Source: a phage. From it: a DNA stretch of 727 nt. The position numbers were made by a program, and so were the translations under genes. The DNA is taken from sequence record AF056262.1; one strand, written 5' to 3'. Positions 1 through 727 of this stretch are shown one piece after another. Numbering within the stretch: the first letter of the stretch is position 1; each line of letters starts with the position of its first letter. The notes under the pieces are model-generated. The model was not told the origin of the DNA. It made no database searches and saw nothing but the letters and a program-made list of their open reading frames with translations.

Positions 1-727
1 AAAAAGTNTTGNNGTAGCTCAAAAATCCGTAAGATATAGATTCACGCAGTACAAGAAAGGCTGTAGTTTTCTCCGCCTGCTGGTATTCTTCTAGTACATA
101 GTAGGTATCCGTATCGTAATGATATTTAATAGTAAGAACTGCTGTAGGATCACGATAACCAACGTCAATACCAAGCAATGTTTCGAATGCTTCATCATCT
201 TTAAAGAAGTGACGCATACCTTTGAGGTCTTTAACATGATCGATAGCATTAAAGGTATCAAAGATCTGACCTTCGAATACAGAGAAATCAGCCTCGTATT
301 CCTGGCGGAAGTAGTTTTTACTAACTGTACGCCGTGCTTCCTCAATGTCATTCAGGTCAGCACGTGGGTTATCACGGTATGTACCATGAATAGATACCCA
401 GTTAGGTAACGTATCATCNAATCCGTAGGCGTAAAATTCTTTAAACCAGTTACCTCCACGAAGTGTGGAAATAAATAGAGCCTTAGAGTTAGGTTTATCT
501 AGAGTAGGACGCAGCTGAACCCTGAAGGCATCACCACCCACATCGGAAATTGCCGCTTCGTCAAAGATGATAAAATCATNTGAACGTCCAACTGCGGAGT
601 CAGCCTGGGCCGCGGAANGGGATCCTAAATCACCGCAGCTTCCAACCTGCTGTTTGGCGATAAAAAAAATTTCGNNGAGCGAATAACCAACCCNAACGCC
701 GANNAANNAATTGCCNGCGNGTTNCCC
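1..727 (-). CDS. terL: Phage terminase large subunit (TerL), internal fragment truncated at both window edges; covers the C-terminal part of the ATPase domain through the start of the nuclease domain
   Basis: Seen in sequence: the minus-strand frame with codon low ends at + positions congruent to 2 mod 3 is open across the whole window; the only unresolved codons are those containing N, and none of them can be a stop. Translation N to C (x = codon with N): ...IFFIAKQQVGSCGDLGSxSAAQADSAVGRSxDFIIFDEAAISDVGGDAFRVQLRPTLDKPNSKALFISTLRGGNWFKEFYAYG(F/L)DDTLPNWVSIHGTYRDNPRADLNDIEEARRTVSKNYFRQEYEADFSVFEGQIFDTFNAIDHVKDLKGMRHFFKDDEAFETLLGIDVGYRDPTAVLTIKYHYDTDTYYVLEEYQQAEKTTAFLVLRESISYGFLSYx(K/N)TF. Established knowledge: the order and spacing (Walker B hhhhDE, then about 30 aa to an S/T-T...G-N-x-F motif, then about 100 aa to G-x-D-x-G...D-x-T-A) is the hallmark of large terminases; from memory it resembles the T4 gp17-type arrangement. 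No database search was run. The portion encoded by + 601-727 is low-quality and may contain frameshifts. Confidence 0.85.
140..172 (-). other. First acidic motif of the terminase RNase H-like nuclease domain (GIDVGYRDPTA)
   Basis: Reverse complement of + 140-172 is GGT ATT GAC GTT GGT TAT CGT GAT CCT ACA GCA = G I D V G Y R D P T A. The G-h-D-x-G ... D-x-T-A pattern about 100 residues after motif III matches the start of the nuclease domain in large terminases. The window ends before the remaining catalytic residues. Confidence 0.6.
443..472 (-). other. ATPase coupling motif (motif III / C-motif region) of TerL: ISTLRGGNWF
   Basis: Reverse complement of + 443-472 is ATT TCC ACA CTT CGT GGA GGT AAC TGG TTT = I S T L R G G N W F. 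The S-T ... G-x-N-x-F pattern lies about 30 residues after the Walker B Glu, the usual spacing in large terminases. Confidence 0.6.
551..577 (-). other. Walker B motif of the terminase ATPase (DFIIFDEAA: hydrophobic stretch followed by Asp-Glu)
   Basis: Reverse complement of + 551-577 is GAT TTT ATC ATC TTT GAC GAA GCG GCA = D F I I F D E A A. It is preceded by ...ADSAVGRSx, which resembles the '...RGNS-hhhh-DE' context recalled for T4-type TerL. Confidence 0.7.

Noticed and set aside
91-351. Minus-strand 86-aa ORF from the supplied track (MTLRKHGVQLVKTT...)
   Set aside because: It is in a different frame from the motif-bearing TerL frame on the same strand and has low-complexity, Leu/Ile/Lys-rich content with no recognisable motif. 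It is an alternative-frame artefact of the real gene.
119-409. Plus-strand 96-aa ORF from the supplied track (MIFNSKNCCRITITNVNT...)
   Set aside because: It is antisense to the well-supported TerL frame, is Cys/Asn/Phe-rich with no recognisable domain, and has no evident ribosome-binding context. Most likely a spurious antisense ORF.
610-625. Adjacent SacII (ccgcgg, 610-615) and BamHI (ggatcc, 620-625) sites that could suggest a cloning-vector polylinker or chimeric junction
   Set aside because: The TerL frame reads continuously through these sites (…GDLGSxSAAQADSAVGRS…) into the Walker B motif, and the flanking sequence does not match common polylinkers I can recall. The sites fall in a GC-richer, low-quality stretch and are most likely coincidental.
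662-669. A8 homopolymer as a possible programmed slippery site or promoter-associated A-tract
   Set aside because: It lies inside the coding frame in the lowest-quality part of the read, with no downstream structure or alternative-frame evidence. A sequencing-prone homopolymer is the simpler explanation.
1-727. A novel defence, toxin or other undescribed system
   Set aside because: The whole window is accounted for by one conserved phage packaging gene. There is no intergenic space, second gene, repeat array or unexplained structure on which to base such a claim.

Overview
This 727-nt window reads like a single unfinished sequencing read (N calls clustered at 8-14 and 580-724) lying entirely inside one protein-coding gene on the minus strand. 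Translating the minus strand in the frame whose codons occupy + coordinates (2-4, 5-7, ... 575-577, ...) gives an uninterrupted ~242-codon reading frame with no stop codon. It carries the characteristic motif series of a phage terminase large subunit (TerL): an ATPase Walker B 'DFIIFDEAA', a coupling motif 'ISTLRGGNWF', a 'FRQEYEADF' segment, and the first acidic nuclease motif 'GIDVGYRDPTA'. The gene is truncated at both window edges. The two ORFs in the supplied six-frame track (91..351 minus, 119..409 plus) are in other frames and I consider them spurious; the real frame was probably missed because ambiguous bases interrupt it and it has no in-window start or stop. I see no RNA gene, repeat array, CRISPR, mobile-element end or intergenic regulatory region, since the window is wholly intragenic. 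The honest conclusion is a fragment of a phage or prophage DNA-packaging gene, not a novel system; the reading frame beyond about position 600 is unreliable because of base-call quality.
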